Part shown: one piece after another, positions 48,649 to 61,500 of the stretch
Numbering within the stretch: the stretch's first letter is position 1
Layout: every line of letters starts with the position of its first letter
Source of the DNA: Enoplolaimus lenunculus
Taxonomy: Eukaryota
Assembly (NCBI GenBank): GCA_030248215.1
Contig: JASANG010001107.1
Location: 310,001 to 374,000, forward strand
Length of the DNA stretch: 64,000 nucleotides
Reading direction: 5' to 3'
The notes under the pieces: model-generated
The model's database searches: none
The model's input: only the letters and a program-made list of their open reading frames with translations
Told to the model about the DNA's origin: nothing
Translations under genes and position numbers: made by a program

Positions 48649-49656
48649 TTTAAACCTTCATGTTGAAAAACAGATATTGCAGTATAAAGTCCGTTATTTA
48701 TATAATGGAAACGGACACCGGTTTTAATGGAAACGGATATCCGTTTACACCCTGTTAAAATTCCTTTTTCGCGTCGCCTCAAAACTTTCGGAGGATTTAT
48801 CTCGCTATCATGCCTGTATACCACTATAACTGTTAAGATATTATTTATCTCAGACCAAAAACAACGACGTATACTAAAATTCAGTTTCAACGTGAGTTGA
48901 ATGCAAACAACGCCGATATATTATGCTCCAAATTGCACACGAGAGCTTCATTTTATACTGAGTAAAATGGTAAATACTGCAGTTGCGATTGAGAATTGAA
49001 GTGCAATAGAATTAAACTACAATTTTACGGATACACGTAGTAAAAGCGAAGCGAGAACGCGTAATGGATTACGCAACTCATGTATATACTGTCTTGGTTG
49101 ACTGGTGTATCTATAGCATGGTTGTAGTCACGAATAAGATTTGCGGAGGGTTGCGCTATAATTTAGTATAAATATGGTTTTGTATTTAAGTCTATTTTTC
49201 TCAGCTTTCACATAGTTGAAAACAGAAACGTCAAAGTCATTGGCGCGGGACCATGTCCTCATACTTCCTTCTGCCTACGCCCCATGTATAGCACAAAAGG
49301 CATATTAAGGAATATACGGTACAAACATATGTTTGAATATGGTCCAATGTTACTTTTGCAAAGCCCCCACACATGGCATAAAAAGCACTGCTCAGTAGCG
49401 ATTCCACAAATATTTGACGTGACAACAAATAGAAGCTATAAAAATATGGTGCCGAAGATTCAAGGAGGTAAAAACAAAACAAAATTCGTTCAAACGGTGG
49501 AAATACCGTCAAAACCTTACACAATTTCATTATGTATGGGAGCCTTGTCATAGGACCTACAGAAATGAAAATAAAATTTCGACCAAAAATTTTACGAATT
49601 TTGAAATTTGATGAAAACCTTGCAGCCGAAACGAGCGACAAGCGAAATGCTAACTA

Positions 49657-50064
49657 CTGTAGTGACACGAACAAGAGGGACTGATATTTATTTGGCCACT
49701 CCAGAGGGACCCCCTGTTATTCGGTTATTTATTTTTAACCCATCCTCCGCCACGCTTCGTTACTGACATATATCTGGTAATTATTCGTTCAATTAAACGT
49801 TTATTTGTCTTGTACCTATCAAAAGCTTGAGCGATAAAGCTAGGTATATTTCGGAATGTAATTTCAAAACATAAGTATATATGTTTTAAAGTTTTGCACT
49901 CAACTTTATTTGGTCCTGGAGTCAATTATACACTACAATTACGAATAATTGTCATTTATGAACTCTGATTAAGGTTTAGGGACTCTATCCGCTTGCGGAT
50001 TAGGGATACGGAGTAAATTAATTGGGACTCAAAATGGGGTCCCCTCTTATTCCGGTCACTACAA
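49657..50064. mobile_element. Family C MITE, reverse copy
   Basis: ta|ctgtagtgacacgaacaagagg ... cctcttattccggtcactaca. Confidence 0.75.
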
Positions 50065-51093
50065 CGCGCAATTTTGTTAACAAAAACCCTGCCAGCGAAG
50101 CGACCTGAAAACCGAGCGAAATGTTAGTTTTCAATTTCTTACGAGGAATGCGACCGAGAAGCCAAACGTAATTTTAGATTGCGCTCTACTTTAATGTGAT
50201 AAACGTCGCCGCATGTCATCATATGCCAGTTCCAGCCACCGGACGCCGTCGGGCGCCGCCACACTCCGCTATGAGGTGCTATTAACAAAAATGTAGGCAA
50301 AATCTATTGTGGCAATTTTTAACAAGAAATGTTTGGGGTGGCGTCTGAAGGCGCGCGGCGAGTATAGAGAATAGAGAAACTCTTTAAGTATTCGCCATTA
50401 GCAGAATTGTCTTTCGGTTTAGTATATTTGGTGTATAGCACTCTGGATGTGATCACAATAACAAAATCGGAAACGGAAAACAGATATTGAAGTATAAAAG
50501 TTTCAATGATGTTTTATATTTCTACCAAAAAACAGCGGATGCCCTGAAATTTTTAGATTTTGAGTGAATTTTCTAAATTTTACTTCGTATCGAACAATTG
50601 CATCATATTTATTATAAAATTGTGATATATACGTGATTTGATTTATGACTGAATATAGCATATAAATAGAGGAATTTCCGGTATTTCTATAATGGAAACT
50701 GATAAGGCATCGGACGCCGATTTTTATCGGAAACGGAAACGAATATTTGGTTTTTTACATCGTGGCAAATACGGATGGTAGGCGAAGAATACGGTGTATT
50801 ATGCAGAGGTGTAAGTGGGTAATGATTTCTTTACCCGGCCCGCGCCTTAACCGAGCAAGTTTCATTCTCTTTAGCCGCGGGTATACCCGCGCAATATTGC
50901 TTTGCCCGCAACCCACCTTTAAAGAATACTCCTTCCTATTGTTGCGTTCAGAAAAATGTGTTAAATTTTTTCAATATATTGATATACATACTAATCTCTT
51001 GACATACGTTTCATTTATAGATAGTAAACTGAAAATTTTTCGTTTAACCCTTTCTCGCATGAATATTTTCTATTTCCCCTGAGACCTACTTTT

Positions 51094-51160
51094 ATGCTAG
51101 GATTCGAACTTCAGTGCCTGGAGTGTGAGGCGTAAACCATCATCACTTAGCTATAGGAGC
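51094..51160 (-). pseudogene. tRNA-derived relic or SINE head
   Basis: Minus strand shows A-box-like tagctaagtga and B-box-like agttcgaatcc at tRNA spacing; stems broken. Confidence 0.4.
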
Positions 51161-53814
51161 TTGACGCTCGAGCCCGAGGGGGGAGTCACGTCTTGTGGTG
51201 ATTTAGTACTATGTATACGTGTTGCAATTGTTTAACACGGTGCGATATATACTATTTAACGTATATACACTACGCTGAGCTGCATACAGGCAACTCAATG
51301 TGAGAAGGGGTTAAGGAAACTGAAATGGTTCTTCCCGAGGAGAAACAACTGTTGCCAATTGGCAACAAGTTTTGCCGAAGTGGGAACATGAGTTCGTGGT
51401 GAGACAACAGACTTTGCAATATTTCTATAAATGAAACGTAAACAAACTTCGATTTTTATCGGAAACGGAGACGGTAACTGATATCTAGTTACGCGTGGAC
51501 GATGGCTATTAATCGCATGCAACAATTTCCGTGCTGAGTTTTAATTTTGAGCGGGCTAAATTTGCCGGGATGTTTGAAAAGGTAAAAGGATATGTTGATA
51601 AAAGTGTCACAATATGGAAACGTAAAGCTCCTGTTGCTTTTTGCTGGTAAAACGCGTTCCAGACAAGCTCGTATTAGATTTTCGTAATTCTGTGTTTTGT
51701 TCTGTTACACATGTAACCGCATATAAAGTGTGACCTACCCCTTTTTGTTGCTTGAGGCACATATGCTAACTTAAATACTGTAAGTACGTATGTACAAAAA
51801 CCTACAGATAACTACAGAAGGGAAATGGGCTTGATATTCACTGCGGGAAGAAGCTTTCTGAGCTTCATTCAGGCTTCACGACTGGCGTCCATATAAGTAC
51901 TATTGAGTTTTAAACATTAGAAATTTATGAAAATTTGTTGACCCATATTTTTCAAAATTTTAGGAATTAAAAGTCCTGTAAAATGGAATTCAGGACATAT
52001 TTGGAGCACTTCCTTCGAGATATTCAACGGTTAGTGTTTCGGGTATTGTTTCTTAATAAAAGAAAGTTTGTTCTGAGCAGATTTCTGCAATATGGTTTGG
52101 GCAACATCTGGATAAACTGAATTGTGACGTTCTACTACGAGTCTTGGTAGCATATTGCTCTTGAAATTAAATAGCCATATTGGCAATTGACAATCTTACA
52201 GCCTTGGACATATTCTTCACTTTGATCTAGTGCTGTTTCTTCTCGAGAAGTTGAATGACGCGGTTTTTAAAAATATGGTCTGCAGAAAAAAGTTTTTGTT
52301 TTGCCATTTAGCTTTCGTTTAGAACAAACTGTCTGATACATAAGCGCTCACTCTATAGCAGTCCCACGCAATTATAGATCGCCCCTGATCAATATCTACT
52401 CAATGGGCTCAACACAGCTCTTAGGCAAGGGGGGACCAGGTATGGCTCAGCCCCAAAAATTTTTGGCCCCCCTGAACATTTTCAACCCGGCTTGTACGAT
52501 ATTAAAAACCCTTAAAATTCCCTCCTGCAAGAATTTGAGCCCCCTCTTGCAAGCTGAACTGACTATGGTCCAAATAAATAGCAGTTTTTTCTACATATTT
52601 GTGCCATTAATGTCTATTATGAATGAACTACTTAGCTAACGATTTCTATGGGTTTTACTCTAATAATGTGAATGTGCGAAGTTCAACGCTTGAGGTTGTT
52701 AAGTTAATATTAATAATAGCTCGTTTAAAGGCCAGTAAGTAACGCACTTTTTGCAAAGTCAGACAGAGAGTTGGAAATCAGTATTACACTTACGCTAAAA
52801 AGCTTTGTCTGGACTCAGTTCTAGAAAGTGTTGGATATTGATACGTTGTAAGCTCTGGACTTCGCTATTTGGCCCTGTTTGAGGCTAAAATATCCGAAAA
52901 CTGTAGGTTTTTGACTCATGCACTTCAAAGTGATTTGACTCGGGTTGGTACGCTCTGGAGTGTTAACACCGAGTTTTGCAGGTTTAATACAAGTAACAGA
53001 ACAAATAATACGGCAATGTACACAACGTAAACGTCGGTAATACTAATTTGACTCGCGAAATCCGCAATTTTACGAAATTTCGGGATAACTCGAATTATGT
53101 CAAAACCGGGTGAGAATCCAAATTTTACGTCAAATCCGGGTAGAAATAGTCCATATCCAGTAATTTTACGGCAGTTCTGCCCAAACGGAACTAATCGTAA
53201 CGCGCTCCACGCAATTATGCCGATAATACAGAAGTTGCACTGTTTTGCAACTAAATATACGCAATTTTGCGTAAACACCGAGGCGTCGCTGTAAAACAGT
53301 ATTTTCCAGCCGCAAACTAACAATTCCGCTATTCCGAGGTCCTAAAGCCGTTATTCTGGCTGACTGGTGGCTGTAAATTATAATTTGCACTCAATTCACT
53401 AAAATCCGTAATACTCGTAATATATGTCCGATAGAAAGATGTCCGAATGCGCACTGAAAACTAGCTAAGCCAATAATTGATTATTTAGCCGGAAAACTCC
53501 AGGGGTAGCTAGAAAAATTGGCAGAAATAAGTTGGGCAATTTTGGGGAGATTTTTGGTAAATTTAAAGGTTTTGAATAGGAAAATGGAATGCGCAAGCAA
53601 AAACAACCCAGAATATAAGAAATAACGAATATAGGCACCATATAAGGCGAAATAACGGCAGATTCATAAACTACTAAAATCGACTTAACTCTAACAAGTA
53701 CAAAGCGACGGTAATGTCGCGTAAAAGCGGGTTTGCAAGCATTAGAGGCCACGGGAGGACATAAACAGGGCCCGCGGTAACTGAGGGCGGGGGAACTGTG
53801 GTTGCGGTTCTAGA

Positions 53815-54153
53815 ATAAAAAGGAAGTATTCCGTTCAACCGTCACCCATACGCGCCTAGTTGTGATTCCGCCAGTAAACGAAGCTGAAAAACGCTGTCTC
53901 GCGGTTTATGGACAATGTTCTTTATTGCAAACGTATCTGCACAAAATTACGGTGACCGACAACAAGACGTATCGCCGGGATGGATACCAGAGCGACGACG
54001 AAATCCATTTGATCGAACAATGTCCTGCACTTACACGCTATCGACTAAACCATCTTTCCCCAAACCAATCCATCGAAGATTTGTGGAGGAGACCAAACGA
54101 GATCTCAAAGTTCCTGGTTTCAACCGGCTTATGCCGGCGTCAATAGCAACAAC
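53815..54153 (+). mobile_element. 3' relic of a non-LTR retrotransposon (degenerate C-terminal CCHC region)
   Basis: ..GQCSLLQTYLHKI..DNKTYRRDGYQSDDEIHLIEQCPALTRYR..DLWRRPNEISKFL..GL resembles the LINE ORF2 end (GHC.L..YLH.I..D.P.C..C...E...H....CPAL...R). A short caa-rich tail follows. Confidence 0.6.
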
Positions 54154-55516
54154 TCGGACGTGGGAAAGAAGACAGAGATTGAAAGAGACCTCGAGGTGTT
54201 TAGACATAGCTGGTCCGTTACACAGCCTCTGGAATTTAAAATGTCTGCACTAAAATCTTAATGACTTTGTTATGAACCTATCAAGTTTCTATATATTAGT
54301 CTCAATTTTATTCACCGTGTGTGATATCTATATATTATGTGTCGAGCAGCACTATAAACCGAACATCTAGTAAAAAGAACTCCACAGATTCCTTTTCCAT
54401 TTCACAGCAGTCACAAATGCTCGAATTAGAAACACCTATTTTATACATATGCTTATTTAGTTGACAATGTCCAGTAATTATTTGTGCTAGCAATCTTATT
54501 GTAGTTCTATTATGTCGTACTAAGCAGCTCTTTGTTATTTTGGAGTTACTCCAGTTTCTATTAAGTGTCTTAACAGCGGCTTTACTGTCAGATTTTATGA
54601 CTATCGTCTTCTGCCATGTTCCTCACTCTCCATGTTATTGAGCTTTTAGTTTTGTTTCTTTTGTAAGGGTTATGGTATGGTCTGCCAGTAAATTTATTTC
54701 TTTCGTAATATAAAGGTTTAAGTTCCAAGTTCAGATTACAGGTGCAACACAACGACGCGGACAAAGGTAGCAAAGAAAGTTTAACGACCAAGGTGTCGTT
54801 GGCTTTACCCGCTGTTACGTTACTTGACTACGAGTAAACATTTTGTTATGTTGTTTTGTATGTAAATACCGAGTGTATATAATGCATTAGTCGTAAGTAC
54901 TGCTATCAGACAGTCCTGCATCTCATTCTTACACATTCCAATTTTACCAGGACTGCCTTCTAGTTGTCCGATGTCATACTAACTATATATGTATATATTA
55001 CAGTTGCACCCGGCCAGGTTTTTTACCGAGACCGGGGCCGGTACTATCAAATGAGCTGCGATATACGTAATATGCATATGGTGGCTAAAACTGGGAAAAA
55101 TGGAAAATGTACAATTTATATATTGTGTAGTGTCTGTAGGAAACCGCGGGAAAATAAAAAACCGTGGACTTTTTATAGGTGGTTTTTAAACGAGAACCGA
55201 GAGTGATAGATTGTTTTCCATGAGTGTAGTAGCTGTACGTAATTTACAATGTTGTATAATGACTCCTGACCACAGTGGTTACGTATATGACTCAATGAGT
55301 ATAATTTTTCAACACCGTGACAGACTCATGTAACAAAGTAATCAACATAAATTTACCTTATATAACATATTATACATAAAAATATTATTTTGATATATTA
55401 CAGCGGTAAATTAGAACTGCATATTTTGCATACTAGTTGGTAACTTTTGGGCCGATTCTGATTCAACTCTAGATTGATTGCGTATTTGATTGATATTGTT
55501 TTGATTTTACGCCGCT

Positions 55517-55544
55517 ATGGCACTTAAACAACTTGTCGGACAGA
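55517..55544 (+). CDS. unc-18: unc-18 exon 1
   Basis: ATG GCA CTT AAA CAA CTT GTC GGA CAG A|gtaagt (MALKQLVGQ). Confidence 0.9.
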
Positions 55545-58500
55545 GTAAGTTTGTTTTTGTAAAAGAGAAATTGTCTTAGCTAATTCATTATTATTATATA
55601 TCATGTTGCCATTTGAGCTTATTATCTTCCTAATTGAATGATTAAGTTTCATGATTTCACTGATGGATCTAAAACGTTGTGATATGATCCTCGGTTAAAT
55701 GTGTTTGAAAATATATACGAGCACGAGTCGGTTTTTAGGCTTGCGTATACAGCGATTTACATGTGCATGCAGGGCAATTAGGAGTCAAAAGAAAGAAAAC
55801 TATGGTTTAAATCAGTTGAGCGAAGCTAGCAAAGAGCCAGACGCTAACTTTTAATCAATTCAAAATCAATATTTTATTGTGGTGTAGATTTGCTGGAAGG
55901 AAATCCGTTACAGGATCCCCTAAGTTGGATTATGCTACATTCATTTATGATGACACCGTGCACATTTCTGCTATCATAATCTGTATACCAAAGGGGACTC
56001 GGGGCTAAGATTTTTACCTTGGCCAGGGCTGGAGCTGAACACAAGGCGCTATTATCGGGGCCGGTACTAACAAGGGCCTTGTTAGAGCACCTATAGGAAA
56101 CTATCAACATGAGCTACTATATACGTAATATGTATATGGTGGCTAACAGTGGGAAAATCAACAATCTAATATTGTGTAGTGTATATACAGTAAACCGTTG
56201 GATTATAAATAATACGGTGTACAGTCATTTCTTGTGATTTTCATATTTCTAAATCGACAACCGATCGTGATAAGATTGTATTTCATTCGAGTCAATTAAG
56301 AATAGTATATTAAAACTGGCTCCAATTAGGCCCCGGGGAATGGGAAACAAGAACAACATGAATGTGGCAAGAATAAAATCTCAATATAAAATTTTAGATT
56401 TCGTCGGGTCCATTGGAAATCATACGTTTATATACTAGTGTATATGCGTAGTATAAATTCTCCAGATAATGTGAGAGCCGGCTCTAGCTCGAGTGCTAAG
56501 CTCTTATATTTGAGTGGTTAAACGCCTCCCATCTGAGACGGAGATGAAACAGGTCTTAAGCAATGCGTGCTTGGTAGGTAGCCGGTCCAAAGGGTTCCCA
56601 CGCATACCAACTTTCAGATGAATTTAGTATGCGCATTGGCTGTCTGCTTCGCTGGCGGCTTAAGACAGCTGAAAGAGTAGACTTACGCAAAGTGTTTAGA
56701 TTGCGGTGGGGAAACAGTGGTGTATGTTATATAAAGATAGAACACGTGGGCTTTACAAACGAAAATATGCACGTATTCGACTATTGGGTTAAGGTAAACT
56801 AAACTAAGTCAATGTGTGTTGGCCGTAGAGCTCTTTTTGCATCCTTCTGGACACTGGTGTATATATTCGTATATATAATATATGCGTTTATCTGTTGTTT
56901 GCAAGTTGTTTTGCGATATTGGTTTTTGTGCTGCAACTGAAAAGGTTTCTAAAACACCTAAAACTAACGGCGTTTCATCCTAAATTCCCCTGACTACGCT
57001 GTCTTTGATTGCACAATTGACGACGTTAGAATACGTAAGTGAAAATATCGTTTTGTTTGTATGAAGCAGTGCTAGGGTTAACCATTTATGGACGCAATGT
57101 CAGTAATGGTTAATCTACACCATGCACTGAACTCTATTTTCTTGCCTATCTTGCTCAACTTTTTTACGTCGCAAACAAAACGAACCTTTTCTCGGATAAA
57201 ATTGGCAGATGAGGAATTTCGTTCAAATCCATTAGTGTATTATATTTATAAACCTATTGAAAGAAAAGTCTACTTTAATTATGTATGTATGCCTTGCCTA
57301 TGTAAAATTAGATTCACAATTAGTTCTGATTGATATTAGAAATTTGTAATATTGTAACTCGCGAACTTTTCAGTTCCCATTCTAATATTTATAATCTTCC
57401 TGTTCGCATGCCGCTTCCGACATAATCTCGTTCCGTTTTACGCTGCTTAGACCTTTTTCTAGATTCGTCCATGGTACCGTATGGCCCCGACACCCACCTG
57501 CCCCGGCCCTTGTAGTACATATGTATATGTGGCATTGCAACTTGTTTTATTTTTTGTGTTCTAAATATATATCTTTTAATGTGCGCTAGACGAGGGTTCG
57601 CCGATTGAACCAGTACTATTTAATATTTATATATGTATACGTACGTACGTACGTATTAAAGTATTGGAGTCCATTAATATGTATGGGTTTTCGGACTTTC
57701 CGGAGTTAGTGTTAGCTATTGGTAGTGTAATTGTAATGCATGTGGACAAAATTATTTGTTTTGGTACCGCTGCTATAAAACACCATTTTTATCATATTTG
57801 GCGGAATAGGACGAGCATGTGCAATGCAAGAGTCTTGTACACTTAGCACCACATTTAAAATCAAGGTTTACGCTTTGGCTTAGGTGGACGCTTAGGCAAT
57901 GGTTGTGTGTGACGGCAACAAGAAAAACAATGAGCAAGACACTGCCTCGAGTTTTTATTCTTGCTGATGAATGATGTTAGACTAGCTAAACGCGCTGAAA
58001 CGTTGTTCTGATTTTGACGAACCTGCCTGAATAACATGTACGCTGTGAACAACAGTGGGTCATACGAATACGAACTAAGTCCTTGACTCGTTACCCAGAT
58101 CGGCCAGTCACAAAACTACTAAAATTTGACACATGACCCGCTTCCAGCTCTGCACTATGTATTACAGGATTATGAATAATCTACAGGATTATACAGGTTA
58201 AAAAATTTTCCTCGCCCGTACAAGTTTTGCGTTTTATTTAGCGTGAGTAAATTGTGCTAATATGCAAACGTAGTATTCAGTTCTGGACAGATATTGAAGT
58301 ATTCGGCTCCAATATTTTCGTTATTCGGTTGCGGCCGGCCACCTTTTTCGAAGGGGTTTGTGGTGTCTACTCAGTACATTGTCGTTCATCGAATCTACCC
58401 GCCCCTTTTCCGATAATTCAATTATTAATTCCGCTAAAAATTGTATGCTGCAACAGATGCGATCATTTAAGAGCGCCGGAAGGTATTGAATGACCAGAAA

Positions 58501-61500
58501 TTAGTGTTTTTATGAATGTGTTTATGCATTCGTTAATTGTTAGCACTGCTTCGACCCTGGAAATTAGGCAAAACCTCCATCTTACGAGTTGCATAAACAT
58601 ATTAAATATAAATATATAACACACATACGTAGTATATACGTGCTCGAACGTGTCTGCGTGGCACATTTATGTGCATATGGACGGACATTAGACACTGTGA
58701 CTTTTATGTTGTGGTAGGTTTGCCGAACGCGCGAAAGAAAAGTTTGGCGCGTGGTTAACTTCCTTCGCGTTCGTGAATGTTTGGTGCACAGTGTTGTTTA
58801 CGTTTCTTTGTGGTGATGGGTCTATGGTTGTGTATGTGCCGGGCATCGGGTGATGGTGCGAGAGCGGCTGCTGTAACCTCGAGTCAATACTGATGTGTGT
58901 TTGGGCAGTTATGTATAGTATGTATAGGTATGTTGTGTATATGTATTGTATATATTTATGTTCATGCGTCATTATATATTGTAATGTAAGTAGTTTCTGA
59001 AAACAGTTGTCGTGTGTTTTGTCTATGTTCTGGAACCTGCTGGCCATTCAAGACACTAGCGCTTGAGGCGCGAGTTGATAAATAGTCTATGGCTTTAGCC
59101 TTGGCAATATGCAGGGCACAGTGAGCGAATTGGTTTTGTATAGAAAGAATTGTTGAGTGTGTGCGTGTCATTTCTGCGGATGTAATGGGGATGTGTTTGA
59201 ACGAGATTAACTGTTAAATGGTCAGTTGGATGAGAAAGTGCAGATATAATCTGTAGGCAGATTAGAACATAAAACTTTGTATTAACATTTGAGTAAGAAT
59301 GGTTGTTTTGTTAATAAGCCAAGATAATTAAACCGTATTATATATATTGGCTTTAGTTGATACCTAAGTATGGACTCTACGTCTGATTTATGTCCTGTCC
59401 TAAAGAGCTACTACTCCAGTTGGGACTGGAATGTTCTAAACGATATCTGTTGTTCTGGGCAGTCCAAACAAGTGCCGGAATTCAAATTGCATTTTGATTG
59501 GAGAATTGAACATCCCAAACATTTTATATTACAGGGATTTTGAACGATGTAATCAAAGCAACAAAAAAGCATAAAGGCGGCGGATGGACTGTCCTTGTTG
59601 TTGATCGGCTGGCAATGCGCATGGTTTCAGCATGTTGTAAAATGCACGAAATTATGGACGAAGGAATAACAAGTATATATGTAAAATTTTGGTTATATAA
59701 TATACATACATGTATTTAGCTTTTGAATGAAAAGTTTTGTTTGCTGTGCCTTGCCTCAAGGTTCCGCATTCTGAAATATGCGTAGCATCTATCACCAGTT
59801 AGCGATAGGTTTTCAAACTGATGAACTTCATCAATGTTATAGATTTCTATGAAAAATCGATAATGCGAAAAACGTGCAAATTTTGAACCTCACTAGTCAC
59901 TGGTTCGAAAGATACAGGATCTAATATCATCAACTGAGGTGCTACACACATTTGCGAATACATGCCCAGATGTGTTTCGATTGCAAGGAAAGCAAGCTAT
60001 TTTAACTCGTTGACAATTTTGTTTGGACTGAGACTATGCATAACCGTTATGGCTGGAAATGTGGCTTAATGTCTTAATATATACGTGTGTTTGTACGTTT
60101 AGTTGTCGAAGATCTGATGAAAAAACGGGAACCGCTAGAAGCACTCGACGCTATATATTTGATTCAACCGACAAAGGAGGTATATATGAGCCATAACGCT
60201 ATTTAGGCCCATAATGTGCTTTATTTAGTTTTGGTGGTTGTTTAGATTTGATACCTACTGCCTGTGATTTTGTTTAGAAGCCTTGAGTTTAATACAGCAT
60301 TCGGCAGAAAACAGCAATGGCTAGATTCGTGTTGTATACGTGTTTAATGATCTATTTAAGTATGGTTTCAATGGACATCGCGAGTTCCGAAATTGGCTAT
60401 AATAATATTAAGTTCATGCGCTATTGACATCTTCTATCAAAAACTACCACTTTGTTTTTGTGTTGTTTTTCATATTTTTTAATATATTTTAGTCAATAGA
60501 CATCCTGATTGACGATTTCTCAGGTCCTCGCAATCAATACCGAGCAGTTCATCTGTATTTCACTGAAGGTACGTGGATGTTGTTCGTTATTTTTAATGTA
60601 TTTCTGAATCTGATAGTGCAGCACAAAGATAAAACACGGTTTTTTTGTAACTCTTGTGTGGGTTGCTGACGGCCCAGTTGCCGGCTTTGTTAAATGGTTG
60701 TTATGGACATGGCATAGAACACAGCGTTTTCTCCCTCACTATTTTATACTTATAGAACCCCTGCTCAGCAGAATAATTAGTGCTTGCACCAGCCCAGGTT
60801 CCAACTGGGTGAAGCAACTGTTCAGGATACATGTATGTATAGTAATGGTACAGTAAATTTTTCGGCTCAAATTTAGAGTAATATGTTTGCACTCTGAAAT
60901 AATTTGTTGCACACTTGAAGAAATTTTCACACACCCCAAAATTTGAAAAACCCGGATAGGTGCTTAGTTGACATTTCTTGGTAGGTGGGCAGTTTTTCTG
61001 TGCAGTGTTATACATTCGTAAGCAATTTAGCACTGCAAGACAAGTGTATTATAAGCAACTCGTCTTAAATCAGAGCAGGCATTATGTGGTTTATTTAAGT
61101 TGTTAATTTAATGGTTTTTAGCGTGTTCGGACAATTTATTTCAAGGATTAAGCCATAGCAACGCATCGCGTTATATTAAAACATTGAAGGAAATAAACAT
61201 TGCATTCCTGCCATACGAGTCCCAAGTAAGTCGGTATGGTATGTTATAGTTATTTTTCGTATGGTTTGGTTTTGTAACTATATTTCATTTGCCTGCATTT
61301 AAATTGTTTGTTTACAATGCTTTGGTTATAGCACAGTCAACCTCATTTGCAAAATATTGCCAAAGGATGCTTCCCCTCTGTAAATGGTTCCCTGCAGTAC
61401 AAATTATTGTTATTCTGGATTACGTACTATATAATGTTTAATTTTTCTGCTACAGGTGTTTTCACTGGACAACAAAGAAACATTTTCGTTGTATTTTAAT

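Noticed and set aside
56520..56556. Hammerhead-like ctga..gaaac..gtc motif (similar one near 20790-20820)
   Set aside because: The core CUGANGA is not matched and the stems do not close.
58688..59047. 119-aa His/Thr-rich minus-strand ORF in unc-18 intron 1
   Set aside because: Explained by low-complexity CA/TG composition; no domain or splice support.
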